From assembly GCA_051003155.1 (NCBI GenBank), contig JBPCLO010000051.1, positions 32,001 to 96,000 of the forward strand: a stretch of 64,000 nucleotides of DNA, read 5' to 3'. Source of the DNA: Fimbriimonadales bacterium. Its GTDB lineage: Bacteria > Armatimonadota > Fimbriimonadia > Fimbriimonadales > ATM1. A model generated the notes under the pieces. It had not been told where the DNA came from and did not search any database. It worked only from the letters and a program-made list of their open reading frames with translations. This document shows positions 38,722 through 48,107 of the stretch, in pieces. The first letter of the stretch is position 1. Every line of letters starts with the position of its first letter. Position numbers and translations under genes: made by a program.

Positions 38722-40178
38722 TGAAGGTCGCCGCCCTCGGCCGTCTCGATCGCGCTGATCACGGCCGCCGCCTTGCACGCGCACTCCTCCCACTCCTTCT
38801 CGGGGATGCTGTCATACACGATGCCCGCACCGGCCTGAACGTGGGCAACGCCGTCCTTTAGAAAAATGGTCCGGATCGCGATCGCCATGTCCATATCTCC
38901 ATCGTAACCGAAATAGCCCACCGCCCCGGCATAAAGCCCGCGACGGCTGGTTTCGAGTTCGTCGATGATCTCCATCGCCCTCACTTTCGGTGCGCCTGAG
39001 ACCGTACCGGCAGGGAAGCAAGCGCGAAGAGCGTCGAAGCAATCGAGGCCGTCCTTCATCTCGCCCGTCACATCGCTGACGATGTGCATCACGTGCGAGT
39101 ACCGTTCCACAACCATCAACTCGTTGACTTCGACGGTCCCCGCCTTCGCGATCCTGCCGATGTCGTTGCGCCCCAGATCGACGAGCATGATGTGCTCTGC
39201 GCGCTCCTTCTCGTCGGCGAGAAGCTCTTCCTCCAACTTACGGTCGCATTCCTCCGTGTCGCCGCGTGGCCTCGTTCCGGCGATGGGCCTAACCCGAGCT
39301 CGGTTGCCCTGCACAGTCACGAGCACCTCGGGCGACGCGCCGATCACGTCGAAATCGCCGAACCGGATCAGGTACATGTAAGGCGACGGGTTCAGGTACC
39401 TCAGGCTTCGGTAGAGAGCGATGGGGTGCGAGCTCACCGGAGCGGAATAGCGTTGGCTGATGACCATCTGCACGCCGTCTCCGGCTGCGATGTATTCCCT
39501 CGTTCGCGCTACGGCCTCCTCGTAGTGGTCGCGGCTGACGTTGGAAGTGAACGTGGCCCGCCGCTTCGGGCTATCCGGAATCGGGGGTATCGCCGCACGA
39601 AGCCGTTCGATAATCCCTTCGATCTGCTCTGCCGCACGCTCGTAAGAGCCCGCTTCGTCCGTCGCGTGTGCGATTACCAATATGCGGTTTTTGGCATGAT
39701 CGAAAGCCACCATCGAATCGCAGACGAGCATATGCATGTCGTCGCAATTCGGGTCGTCCGTGTTCGCATCGGGGAGCCTCTCGAAGAACCGAACGAGGTC
39801 ATAGGCGAGCATCCCCACCGCACCGCCCGTAAACGGCGGCAGCCCTTCCAAATGCGCGTACGGTCTTTCGTGGAGCAGTTCGCGGATCGTGTCGAGCGGC
39901 GAACCGCCCTCAGGAGTCTCGAACTCTTGCTCGCCCGAGTGGCCCATGCGCCCTTTCGACCGGACGACGAGTGACGGATCGACCCCTATAAAGCTGTATC
40001 GCCCCAGCCGCTCGCCGCCCGTAACCGATTCGAGCAGGAAGCTGTGTGTTTTATCGTGGGCGAGCTTCCAATAAGCGCTCGTGGGGGTCTCGAGGTCGGC
40101 AAGAACCTCCGCATATACGGGGACGCGCTTGCCCCCCTGCGCGAGCCTCGCAACCTCCTCCGCCCCCGGCCGAATCAT
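38718..40178 (-). CDS. trpE: Anthranilate synthase component I
   Basis: FLLES, NPSPYM, SPE, PIAGTR.RG, KERAEH.MLVDLGRND, FPAGTVSGAPK. Confidence 0.95.
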   Translation of the reverse strand: MIRPGAEEVARLAQGGKRVPVYAEVLADLETPTSAYWKLAHDKTHSFLLESVTGGERLGRYSFIGVDPSLVVRSKGRMGHSGEQEFETPEGGSPLDTIRELLHERPYAHLEGLPPFTGGAVGMLAYDLVRFFERLPDANTDDPNCDDMHMLVCDSMVAFDHAKNRILVIAHATDEAGSYERAAEQIEGIIERLRAAIPPIPDSPKRRATFTSNVSRDHYEEAVARTREYIAAGDGVQMVISQRYSAPVSSHPIALYRSLRYLNPSPYMYLIRFGDFDVIGASPEVLVTVQGNRARVRPIAGTRPRGDTEECDRKLEEELLADEKERAEHIMLVDLGRNDIGRIAKAGTVEVNELMVVERYSHVMHIVSDVTGEMKDGLDCFDALRACFPAGTVSGAPKVRAMEIIDELETSRRGLYAGAVGYFGYDGDMDMAIAIRTIFLKDGVAHVQAGAGIVYDSIPEKEWEECACKAAAVISAIETAEGGDLQ

Positions 40179-40232
40179 GCGCGACAGTATATCCGGCTAA
40201 CCTTCGGGGACCTAATGGCCAGTCGGATCTCC

Positions 40233-41687
40233 TTATCCCGGGAAAGTCCACCACGCGCGGTCGATGCGGCCGAACCACGGGTACACGAATATCGAGCCAA
40301 TGGCCCTGAAACTGACCCGTGCCTTAATAGCCAGGGTAACGGGTTGTATGAAGCGGGACGGATTGCTTGTGACATTCACTGTGACGGTGCCATCTGATGT
40401 TGTCGCCAAGCGCGTGTCTAGAACCTCATACAAGCCGGTTACATAGTTGTAGAGTGAGATCTTCTGCTCGGCGTTGGCGATGCTGGCGTTCGACACTAGC
40501 GAGAAGCTGAACCAGGTCGGCGAAGAAGTCGGCGCCTTCGCGTTGAGGATGATCTGTATTGGGGGCTCGCCAGACGAGAACGCCGCCCCCGGCCTCATCA
40601 CGAGCCTATTGTCGTCACTATTCCGCGACGAGGCTAGATTGCCCGAAATGACCGAGCCGCGAAACATGCTGTAGGAAGTTGGCGCAATTGGTCTGGACCC
40701 CCTAACTGGAGTCCATACAAATGGTTGCGGCTGCCAACCCGGCCGCCTGGCCCAACCCGCGATGGTGCCGTTACCGTCGATGCCCAAGGCATGGGACTCT
40801 TCGAACTCTGGTGGAAGAAACTGGTGAAGATCTAGCAAGGTTTCAGCAGTTCCAGACCAAACGAAAGCGTGGGCACGCTCGGCGCCCGGCGGTCCGCCGC
40901 TCCCGACCTGCTGAATGCCATTCGTCGCAATCGCAGCGGCTCCCCATGTGGGCGGCGTAAGATCGATAAAGCCTTTGCCATCGGTGTGCCAACGAATTGC
41001 ACGACCTGTGCCATCTTTGATTGACGAACCTACGATCTGTTCTCCATGGATTCCATTGGCGAATCCGTTGTTATAACCTTTGGGCAGCGGCAGCAATACC
41101 ATGCTCCCGGCAGTTCCGCTCCACATGACAGGAATACGCCCCTCTAGGTTGCCGATCTGCCGGTCTCCCCATACGCCGTAAGCGACGGAGTCTTGATATC
41201 CGTCTGGGTGCAGTTCAACCAAAGTTTCTGCTGTTCCTCGCCAAAGCACTGCATGCCCAATGCCCCCGCCCCTTCCTCCACCTCCAACCTGGCTCGTCCC
41301 GTCGGTTGCACGAGCTTCCGTGCCGCTACCATACAGATCCGGACGATGCAGATCGACGACGCTGCCTGCCGACCCCGACCATATGACGGCGTGGCGGCGG
41401 TCCGCTATCACGCCATAGCCCCCCTGCTTTCCGCCGCCGACCCCGATAACCGCGGAGCCATCGAAACCCGGCGGATGTAAGTTGACATACTTATCGTATG
41501 GAGGACCTTCCCAGAGGAGAGCCCCTTCTCCGGCCCCGAACCCCGCGCCGATGATCTGACCTCCTCCTGCGCCGAGCGCCCATCCGAACTCGCTCTCCGT
41601 CGGAAGTTCCTGAACTGTATATTGCGCAGAAACGGAAAGGGCACAAATTGCCATTAAAAAAGTTGGAGCAAACTTCGAATAGTTCAT
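40233..41687 (-). CDS. Secreted protein with HAF-like beta-repeats and a distinct C-terminal beta domain
   Basis: Signal peptide; repeated HA..W.G.A...V.LHP units; ~150-aa C-terminal domain starting PTSYSMFRG. Confidence 0.75.
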   Translation of the reverse strand: MNYSKFAPTFLMAICALSVSAQYTVQELPTESEFGWALGAGGGQIIGAGFGAGEGALLWEGPPYDKYVNLHPPGFDGSAVIGVGGGKQGGYGVIADRRHAVIWSGSAGSVVDLHRPDLYGSGTEARATDGTSQVGGGGRGGGIGHAVLWRGTAETLVELHPDGYQDSVAYGVWGDRQIGNLEGRIPVMWSGTAGSMVLLPLPKGYNNGFANGIHGEQIVGSSIKDGTGRAIRWHTDGKGFIDLTPPTWGAAAIATNGIQQVGSGGPPGAERAHAFVWSGTAETLLDLHQFLPPEFEESHALGIDGNGTIAGWARRPGWQPQPFVWTPVRGSRPIAPTSYSMFRGSVISGNLASSRNSDDNRLVMRPGAAFSSGEPPIQIILNAKAPTSSPTWFSFSLVSNASIANAEQKISLYNYVTGLYEVLDTRLATTSDGTVTVNVTSNPSRFIQPVTLAIKARVSFRAIGSIFVYPWFGRIDRAWWTFPG

Positions 41688-41991
41688 TTCCAAAAACCTC
41701 TGTTTGAAGAAGTGTTCGGAGCCGCCACGCCACTTGCATAGCGGCCCCGAACTGCTTTCTACGTACCGATCTTGACGTAGCGTGCCAAGCAAGGCGTAGC
41801 ATCATCGTCGTCGTTATGGCGAAGACCATATAGAAGCCTGGCGGCGCGACTCCACCGTTCGCAGGCGAAGAAACGTTCCGCGTGCGGCCGGCTTGTGTAA
41901 AGGTGCAACCGATGAACCTTTGGCCCTGGTCAAAGCCCGCGACTCGTGCCTTAGTAGAGTTTTGAACCTAATCAGGCTGGAATGTGTGCTC

Positions 41992-42218
41992 ATTCCGGGA
42001 GATGAGCAAGTGATTCCTGGGAGCCAGTGCTCCCATTGAATCAGCGAGCGCGCCCTCGGGACGAATGAATGGTTCCCGGGAACAAGCGAGGGATTCCTGG
42101 GATCGGCCAGTCCGCCAAGGGGACCGGCGAGTGCTCCCCGGGGCCGACTGGATGGCTCCTCGGAATGATCGGATTGGCCCTCGGAGTCGATGGGCGAATC
42201 CGCGTGGGAGGATCGTCG
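41992..42218. repeat. Degenerate array with ~21-nt period (about 11 units)
   Basis: NYCCYNGGR-like cores at 41992, 42013, 42031, 42052, 42072, 42093, 42114, 42135, 42156, 42177, 42198. Confidence 0.65.
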
Positions 42219-42228
42219 GCACGCCGAC

Positions 42229-43257
42229 TTACTTCTCGGAACGAACGAATGACTCGACGGCAGCGCCCACGACGCCGAGCGACTGCGCGCTGCACTTGTC
42301 GGCCGTGTCTTCGAGCGTGTGCCAATACGGGTAATCGAAGTCTATCAGGTCGATGGTCGGGATGCCGGCCGCGTTGATCGCGAGGTGGTCGTCCAGGATC
42401 GAGCCGCCCGAGCGGTCCGTAAACACCTTTCCATACCCCCGCAGCTGTGCGTTCTTATAAAATCGTTTCTGCAAGGAGCCTGCGCTCTCAGCGCTGATCT
42501 GCTCCTTCGGGATTTCGAGGTCCTTGTCACCGATCATGTCGAGCAGGATTCCGAAGTCCGGCTTGGGCTTCGCCACGGTCTTCGCGTAATGCGTCGCGCC
42601 GAGGAACATCTCATCGGTTCCCGGACCCAAGTCCTCGCCGTCCACAAAGAGGAATACCACGTTGATCGGCGGGGCCTCTTCCTTGAAAGCCCGCATCAGG
42701 TCTAGCAAGACCGCTACGCCGCTGGCGCCGTCGTTCGCGCCGAGAATCGGCTTCTTGCGGTCCGCGGAGTCGAATTCTTGGTCTGCCGTCGGCCTGGTAT
42801 CCCAATGCGCCAACAGGAGCGCGGTCTTGGGAGAGCCGACGTCGATCGTGGCGACCACGTTCGTCATCTTCACGTCCCAGCCGATCACGCTCCACTTGTG
42901 CGAAAACTCTTGCTTTGCGACTTTGTCGGTGTACTTTTTGGCTTGCTCGTGAATCCAATCGAGGCACTTTTTGTGCCCCGCAGAGCCTGGGTAGCGCGGC
43001 CCCATGTCGGTCTGAGTCTTCAGCAAGGCGAACGCCTTCTGGCCGTTGGACTTGATGGAGATCGTGGGTACCGGCTTTTCAGCCGGCTCTTGCGCGATGG
43101 CCCTCGGGTGGTTCCCGCAGGCTTGGAAAACGGCCGTTATCGCCAGCAGTCCTACGGCTTGGCGATATACCGCGACGGGCGGACGGAACCCGCCTTTCCT
43201 TTGAGCTCTTGCTCCAATGTGACTCCTGTCCTCTTTACGATCTGCGACTTTTTCCAT
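42229..43257 (-). CDS. M28-family peptidase / glutaminyl cyclase-like lipoprotein (start uncertain)
   Basis: FQAC lipobox-like motif, GPRYPGS, AHWDTRP, GANDGASGVAVL, DGED, LDMIG, DDH, YWHT..D. Confidence 0.88.
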   Translation of the reverse strand: MEKVADRKEDRSHIGARAQRKGGFRPPVAVYRQAVGLLAITAVFQACGNHPRAIAQEPAEKPVPTISIKSNGQKAFALLKTQTDMGPRYPGSAGHKKCLDWIHEQAKKYTDKVAKQEFSHKWSVIGWDVKMTNVVATIDVGSPKTALLLAHWDTRPTADQEFDSADRKKPILGANDGASGVAVLLDLMRAFKEEAPPINVVFLFVDGEDLGPGTDEMFLGATHYAKTVAKPKPDFGILLDMIGDKDLEIPKEQISAESAGSLQKRFYKNAQLRGYGKVFTDRSGGSILDDHLAINAAGIPTIDLIDFDYPYWHTLEDTADKCSAQSLGVVGAAVESFVRSEK

Positions 43258-43724
43258 ATTTTGAAGTACCCGAGCGAGCCATTCGCCAGGTTGGCCGGCA
43301 TCGCTACTTGATACTGACGTGCTTCCGACAAAGGTGAGTCGTTGACCGTGACCTCGATAATTCGCGAATCGGGTGGCGCAGACTGTGAAAAAGTCACCGT
43401 GATGCCCGAGATCTGGAGAAAACCGCTGTTGAACTGGGGGTAGTTCGCCAGCGAGCGTTCGAGAGCTCGCTTCAATTCCGATCCTTTGAGGGCAACGACC
43501 GCGATCTCATCCGACGGATATTGCAGGATCGACGCGAGGTCAGTGCCGGAGCTTGCCTTCAGCAGGCCGGCCGGCAGGAGTGCTGCTTCAGCGCCGGCAG
43601 CCTTACGGATGCGGTCGGCGGCGGCTTGTGCGAGCGGGTGCGCGCCGGACCCGAAGTCCGAGGCGGACTGGGCGACGGCGCCAACAAAGACGATGACGGC
43701 AAAGAACAGACAAGGCTTACGCAT
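43152..43724 (-). CDS. Stand-alone 5'-nucleotidase C-terminal-type domain protein, secreted
   Basis: Signal peptide, LKGSELKRALE, FLQISGI.V, YQVA....LANG..GY. Confidence 0.75.
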   Translation of the reverse strand: MRKPCLFFAVIVFVGAVAQSASDFGSGAHPLAQAAADRIRKAAGAEAALLPAGLLKASSGTDLASILQYPSDEIAVVALKGSELKRALERSLANYPQFNSGFLQISGITVTFSQSAPPDSRIIEVTVNDSPLSEARQYQVAMPANLANGSLGYFKIWKKSQIVKRTGVTLEQELKGKAGSVRPSRYIAKP

Positions 43725-43777
43725 TGCAAGTTGTTAGACTGATACCCGGCGAATTTGTTTCGAGTTCCGTGTCCAGT

Positions 43778-44891
43778 TTACTCTGTTGAAGACTTGAGGG
43801 ACGGATCGCTGAGGAACGCCTCGATGAATCCATCGATCTCGCCGTCGAGGACCGCGAGCACGTTTCCGGTTTCGTGGCCGGTTCGTAGGTCTTTCACGAC
43901 CGTATACGGCTGGAGGACGTACGAGCGGATCTGATGCCCCCACTCGGCGGGGTTCACGACGCCCTTCAGCTGTCGCATCCGCTCGTCGCTCTTGGTCCTC
44001 TCGAATTCGGCGATTCGCGAGGCCAGGATCGTCATCGCGCTCGCTCGGTTCTTGTGTTGGCTGCGCTCGTTTTGGCACGTTGCCATGAGGCCGGTCGGAA
44101 TGTGGATGATCCGCACCGCCGATTCGGTTTTGTTCACATGCTGGCCGCCCGCGCCTCCGGCACGATACGTCTCGATCCGCAGCTCCGCCGGGTCAATATC
44201 TACCTCACTTTCTGCCACTTCCGGCATGACATCGACGATGGCGAAGCTCGTATGACGGCGTCCTGATGCATCGAACGGGCTGATCCGTACCAGCCGGTGG
44301 ACCCCGTGCTCGGACCGCAATCGTCCATAAGCAAAAGCTCCCTTGACGATGAACGTGATGCCACGATAGCCCGTGACGTCGCCGGGCGACTCGCTCAAGA
44401 TATCAAATCCGTACCCGTGCCGCTCCGCCCAACGCGCGTACATTCGAAACAGCATCTGCGCCCAATCGCAGGCTTCGGTACCCCCTGCGCCTGCGCCGAT
44501 CTCGACAATCGCAATCCCCGCGTCGTGCTCTCCTGAAAGCAGCGTCGTAATCTCGAGCTCGTGAAGGTCATTCAGGAAGCCTTCGGCCATGCGCTCGAGT
44601 TCTTCCCGCGTGTCGTCGTCGGGGCTTTCTGCTAGCATCTCATCGAGTTCCGACATGTCCTCGTGGACGCCGACCAGTCGCTCATAAGGCTCTATTTGGG
44701 CGCGCAGGGAGCCCAACTCCCGCATCGCGGCTTGGGCTTTCGCCGGGTTATCCCAAAACCCGCCGTTCTGAGAAGCCGCCTCTAACCGAAGAATCCGCGA
44801 TTTCAGAGAGGCGGTGTCAAAGATGCCCTCGAATAGCGTCCAAGCGAGCCTTCGCCTGCGACAGCGCTTCTTGCAAGTGGGGACTTAGCAC
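43778..44891 (-). CDS. prfB: Peptide chain release factor 2 with programmed +1 frameshift
   Basis: GTG 44891, 24 codons to GAGGGCAT-CTT-TGA-C (44816-44822), continues in the +1 frame into SPF and GGQ motifs; 1114 nt = 3n+1. Confidence 0.97.
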
Positions 44892-44960
44892 GATAAGAGA
44901 TTACCTTGAGCGCCGCCGACAAACCGGCTGGAGGGCGCCACATCAGCTAGCTGACAAACA

Positions 44961-45893
44961 TTACGACTTCTTCTTATACGGCTTCACCGACAGCTTCGAC
45001 CCGCCCGCGTCTACCTCGTACAGCTCCCAATAGCTGTTTCGGTTCGAGGCGAAGAGAATGTTGGACGCTTCGCTGAACACCGGGAACTGATCGATGCCTT
45101 CGTCGTCGGTCAGCCGGCGTTCGTTCTTGCCATCCGCATCGACAACGTAAATATCCCAGTTGCCCCCTCGCTCGGAGGAAAACGCGATCCGAGCACCGTC
45201 GAGGCTGAAAGCCGGATCCCAGTTCTGGGCGTTATCACGCGTTATCTGTTTCAAACCGGTCCCGTCGCGGTGGATCGTAAATACCTCGAACGTGCCGCTC
45301 TTGCCATCCGTATAACCTCCTTGGACGAACGCGATGTGCTCACCGTCGACGCTGAAAGACGGGTGAAAGGAGCCGGAATTCGACGACGTCAGCTGTTTCT
45401 CGTTCTTGCCGTCGGCGTCCATAACGTAAATGTTTCGCTTGAGGTTGCGCGACGACGCGAACGCGATCTTGGCTCCGTCCGGGCTCCAAGTGGGCTCGCG
45501 ATCTTCGCCGATGTTGTGGGTAACCCTCACCGGTTCCTGGCCGAGTGTCATTATGTATATCTCGAAGTTGCCGTCACGATTCGATGCGAATACGATCTTC
45601 TTTCCGTCAGGAGACCAACTGGGCGTCCGATCTTCGGCCGGGTCCGTGGTAAGTCGCTCCTCGTTGCCCCCATCGACGTCACGAACATACAGATCCCAGT
45701 CGCCCTCACGCGCAGACGCGTAGATGATCTTCGTCATGTCGGCTGTATAGGCAGGCTCCCAGTCCAAGTACTTGTTGGCCGTTATCTTCTGTATGTTGGA
45801 AGGCGTCGGTTCCTCGTGGGGAGGCTGATCGCGCTGGCACGCGGCAAGAAAACCGAAACCGCAGGAAGCGGCGATGATTGCTGCTCGATTCAT
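44961..45893 (-). CDS. TolB-like PD40-repeat lipoprotein
   Basis: LAAC lipobox; repeated PSWSPDG.KI.F.S.R.GN.EIY. Confidence 0.88.
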   Translation of the reverse strand: MNRAAIIAASCGFGFLAACQRDQPPHEEPTPSNIQKITANKYLDWEPAYTADMTKIIYASAREGDWDLYVRDVDGGNEERLTTDPAEDRTPSWSPDGKKIVFASNRDGNFEIYIMTLGQEPVRVTHNIGEDREPTWSPDGAKIAFASSRNLKRNIYVMDADGKNEKQLTSSNSGSFHPSFSVDGEHIAFVQGGYTDGKSGTFEVFTIHRDGTGLKQITRDNAQNWDPAFSLDGARIAFSSERGGNWDIYVVDADGKNERRLTDDEGIDQFPVFSEASNILFASNRNSYWELYEVDAGGSKLSVKPYKKKS

Positions 45894-45953
45894 ATCTTTA
45901 GTACTCCATTTCTACTGTCAGAAGCCACGCCCACCTGCGGTAATCTCATCCGG

Positions 45954-46724
45954 ATGGATGGTTTACTTGCGGACAAGAAAGGCATCGTATTCGGGATCGC
46001 GAACGATCGAAGCATCGGTTGGGCTATCGCCGAGCTAGCCGAAGCCCAGGGCGCCGAAGTCGGCATCGGTGTCCAAAACGAGCGTATGGCGCGCTCTGCC
46101 GAAAGGCTCCTCGATGGACACGCTAGAATGCGCATGTTCGAAGCCGACCTGAACCTCGAGGAGGATCTCGAACGGGTTCATCAGGACCTCAATGCCGCCT
46201 ACGGAACCATCGATTTCATGGTTCATAGCGTCGCTTACGCCCTGCGCGAGGACCTCGCCGACCGCTTCATCAAGACTAGCCGCGAAGGCTTTCGCGTCGC
46301 GCTCGAAACCTCCGCTTACTCTTTCGTCGCAGCAGCGAGGGCTCTGGAGCCGATCCTCAACGACGACGCAAGCCTCATCACCATGACCTACCTGGGCAGC
46401 CAACGTGTGCTACCCGGCTATAACGTGATGGGCGTCGCCAAGGCCGCGCTCGAAGCCTCCACACGTTACTTGGCTTGCGACCTCGGCGAGAGAGGCATCA
46501 GGGTCAATGCCGTCTCACCTGGCCCCATCAACACGGTCGCGGCGCGAGGCATCAAGGGGTTCAGTGGCATTCTGAGCGTCGTCGGCGAGCGCGTTCCATT
46601 AAAGCGCCCCGCCGAACAGGAGCAGGTCGCGACCACGTCGCTCTACCTACTTAGCGACCTGAGCCGAGGCGTAACCGGCCAAATCCTATACGTCGACAGC
46701 GGTTACAGCTCGATGGGCCTGTGA
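45954..46724 (+). CDS. fabI: Enoyl-ACP reductase
   Basis: GIANDRSIGWAIA, HSVAYA, YNVMGVAKAALEAS.RYLA, VTGQ..YVD.G. Confidence 0.95.
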   Translation: MDGLLADKKGIVFGIANDRSIGWAIAELAEAQGAEVGIGVQNERMARSAERLLDGHARMRMFEADLNLEEDLERVHQDLNAAYGTIDFMVHSVAYALREDLADRFIKTSREGFRVALETSAYSFVAAARALEPILNDDASLITMTYLGSQRVLPGYNVMGVAKAALEASTRYLACDLGERGIRVNAVSPGPINTVAARGIKGFSGILSVVGERVPLKRPAEQEQVATTSLYLLSDLSRGVTGQILYVDSGYSSMGL

Positions 46725-47557
46725 ACCGCATACTGTGCGTCGCAAACTGGTCGGAAGGCCGCAACCCCGAAACGCTTACCGCTATGAGCCAAGCGCTCCG
46801 AGCGGCTAGATGCGTGGTGCACTTCGACGTGGCCGACTTCGATCACAACCGCGTCGTGACCGCGTTCTCCGGTCAACCCCATCAGGTGCGAGAGACCCTA
46901 TTCGCCGTCGCTGCGGGGGCATTCGCCCGGATCGATATGAGCAAGCACGCTGGAGTCCATCCCAGAATCGGTGCGCTCGACGTCTGTCCTTTCATTCCCC
47001 TGGACGGTCCGGTCGATCCCGATTTTGCCCCGAGTATCGCCGAAGAGATAGCCGGCGCATACGATCTGCCGATCTTTCTCTATGAGCACAGCGAAACCGG
47101 AAAGCACGCCGCAGACCTGCCGTCGCTTCGCCGCGGCCAATTCGAAGGCCTCCATGGCCGCGAGCTCGACCCGGACCACGGCCCGAAAACGGCCAATTCG
47201 CGCCTCGGAGCCACCATCCTAGGCGTACGCGACTGGCTCGTTGCAATGAATCTCAACCTGCGCATCGCCGACTTAGCTATAGCTAGTACCGTCGCTCGAG
47301 AAATCCGCCGGGTCCGTGACTCAGGCGACCCGCGATTAAGGGGAGTGCGTGCTCTCGGATTTTCGCTCGCAAGCCGACGCATGAGTCAAATTTCGATGAA
47401 CTTGACCGAGCCCGACGAGACCAGCCCTGATCAGATCGTCAAATGGATCGAAGAGCGCACCGGCCTGGGCGAAGCGGAACTCATCGGCGTCATCCGTCCT
47501 CAGGACCTGCCGAAGGCGAGGCGGCTGGCTGTTCGGGACGAGCAGATCGTCCGGTAA
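46721..47557 (+). CDS. Glutamate formimidoyltransferase
   Basis: CVANWSEGR, D.DHNR.V, IDM.KH.GVHPRIGA.DV.PF.P, LPSLRRGQFEGL. Confidence 0.88.
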   Translation: MNRILCVANWSEGRNPETLTAMSQALRAARCVVHFDVADFDHNRVVTAFSGQPHQVRETLFAVAAGAFARIDMSKHAGVHPRIGALDVCPFIPLDGPVDPDFAPSIAEEIAGAYDLPIFLYEHSETGKHAADLPSLRRGQFEGLHGRELDPDHGPKTANSRLGATILGVRDWLVAMNLNLRIADLAIASTVAREIRRVRDSGDPRLRGVRALGFSLASRRMSQISMNLTEPDETSPDQIVKWIEERTGLGEAELIGVIRPQDLPKARRLAVRDEQIVR

Positions 47558-47575
47558 CCGGTACAATTTAGGCCT

Positions 47576-48091
47576 ATGGCGAAGTGGAAAATGGGCGAAC
47601 GAGTGAAAATAGTCGAGCGCGAGGTTACTAAGGACGATAAGCGCACCGCATCCTATTTTGCGCACCTCGGAGGTCTGACCGGAACCGTCACGAACTTCTA
47701 TAACGCCGATGAGGTCGCGGTGAAAATCGATCCGCAGGCGTTCGGTGCTACGATCGAATCCACTCACAAGGAAGCCGTCAAGCGCATGCGCGCCAAGTTC
47801 CTCGACTCGCTGAGCGAGGAGCAGAAGCGTAAACTCACCAAAGAAGAGCGCCAGTTCAACGCCAACTACGTCCTCCTCCTCCACTCCGATGACCTCGTGA
47901 AGGGCCCTCCTGCGCCGAAGCCCGTCGCAGCGGCCGAAGAAGAGGAAGAGGATATCGCGTCATTCGACCCGACCTCCGTCGTCGAGGACGCGTTGTATGA
48001 CGATCCGGAAATCACGCCGGAGGTCCAGCGCAAAACCTTGGCCGAGATCGAGGCCGAGGAGCAGGCCGAGCTCGAGCGGCGACAGCGATAA
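47576..48091 (+). CDS. Hypothetical protein with acidic C-terminal tail
   Basis: 171-aa ORF with host-like codon usage; TACAAT upstream. Confidence 0.75.
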   Translation: MAKWKMGERVKIVEREVTKDDKRTASYFAHLGGLTGTVTNFYNADEVAVKIDPQAFGATIESTHKEAVKRMRAKFLDSLSEEQKRKLTKEERQFNANYVLLLHSDDLVKGPPAPKPVAAAEEEEEDIASFDPTSVVEDALYDDPEITPEVQRKTLAEIEAEEQAELERRQR

Positions 48092-48107
48092 TGGGCTCCG
48101 TCCGCAC

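Noticed and set aside
41992..42218. CRISPR array
   Set aside because: Units total only 21 nt, the cores are degenerate, and there are no cas genes in the window.
45270..45953. N-terminal extension of FabI in the ORF track
   Set aside because: It is antisense to the TolB-like gene; the FabI motif starts at ATG 45954 after a TAATCT box.
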